Shown: positions 63,413 to 64,000 of the stretch, piece after piece
Layout of the letters: each line of letters starts with the position of its first letter
Position numbering within the stretch: position 1 is the stretch's first letter
Assembly: GCA_965649765.1 (NCBI GenBank)
Contig: OZ287752.1
Location: 41,168,001-41,232,000 of the forward strand
DNA: 64,000 nt
Reading direction: 5' to 3'
Source of the DNA: Bispira polyomma
Lineage: Eukaryota
Notes under the pieces: model-generated
Told to the model about the DNA's origin: nothing
The model's database searches: none
What the model saw: only the letters and a program-made list of their open reading frames with translations
Program-made: the position numbers and the translations under genes

Positions 63413-63794
63413 CTAAAATAGAGATATTTTGTCTAATGTGTTCCCAAATGCTGTATATAAATTAGACGACAACACATTAGGATATATATGTGCAATAGGT
63501 AAACATTTTTTGTGCATAAGATCGGTGTGGTACTGCAACAGTTGAAGCTTACCTAAATGGTTACTTTCATGGAGAATATTTAAGCATTCAATATGAATAT
63601 TGTTCGACTTAAAACAAATTGATCCACTAATGTATAGATATCGAAACGGGAAAACTGTATTGAAGAGAAAATAGGTTGATAGCTAGATTATTGTCCAGAT
63701 ATTATATTTTTAGAATTGTATACAGGACCTAACATTAACTGATGCAGCAGAGGTCCCAAAAGATTCAAATGTCATGGGGAAAGGCTTTGACCGT

Positions 63795-63930
63795 AATCTA
63801 ATCTGATCTAGTCGTACTTTTATAGCGCTTAATCTTTGTACAACAAATTCTAAGGCGCAACAAACCCAAAACGTTAATTGAAAATCAAAAATAGTGGGCC
63901 GATGGAAGTCGTAACCTGGGAGACTACCGT
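63795..63930 (-). mobile_element. L2 3' tail remnant
   Basis: ctaatct..tttatagcgctt...ttctaaggcgca matches the tails at ~4005-4045 and ~52330. Confidence 0.55.
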
Positions 63931-64000
63931 AAATGGTAGAAGCTATGTTTATTAAACATTCTTGAAAGTGTGTCACTGCCCAGGCCAGACTATCAGTTAA

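Noticed and set aside
136-63976. Remaining short ORFs in the six-frame track
   Set aside because: They are low-complexity, antisense shadows of exons, or TE-derived, with no recognisable domains.

Overview
AT-rich eukaryotic genomic DNA. The SINE, HINE and LINE families suggest a lophotrochozoan invertebrate such as a mollusc or annelid (inference). The window is a head-to-tail array of four intron-containing betaine-homocysteine S-methyltransferase (BHMT)-family genes, all on the minus strand. Copy D (63412-55688) and copy B (26411-16308) are intact, with 8 coding exons and 371 aa each. Copy C (44514-33868) is a probable young pseudogene with an 87-nt exon-1 deletion, a CGA>TGA stop and a +1 acceptor shift. 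Copy A (8482-2004) shows exons 1-4 only and runs off the left edge. Copy A keeps the canonical betaine-binding aromatics (human W44/Y77/Y160). B, C and D keep the Zn ligands but have remodelled the methyl-donor pocket and end at a BHMT2-like length, which suggests a diversifying set of homocysteine methyltransferases for different methyl donors. Introns and spacers are packed with decayed transposons: L2/CR1, Tx1/L1 and RTE-X-like LINEs, two DIRS/Ngaro relics, a Harbinger relic, a hAT MITE with an 8-bp TSD, Tc1/mariner MITEs, Helentron-like HINEs and tRNA-SINEs with TSDs. Exon coordinates were read manually from GT-AG junctions; repeat boundaries are approximate unless a TSD is quoted. Human residue numbers and exon sizes are recalled and should be checked.
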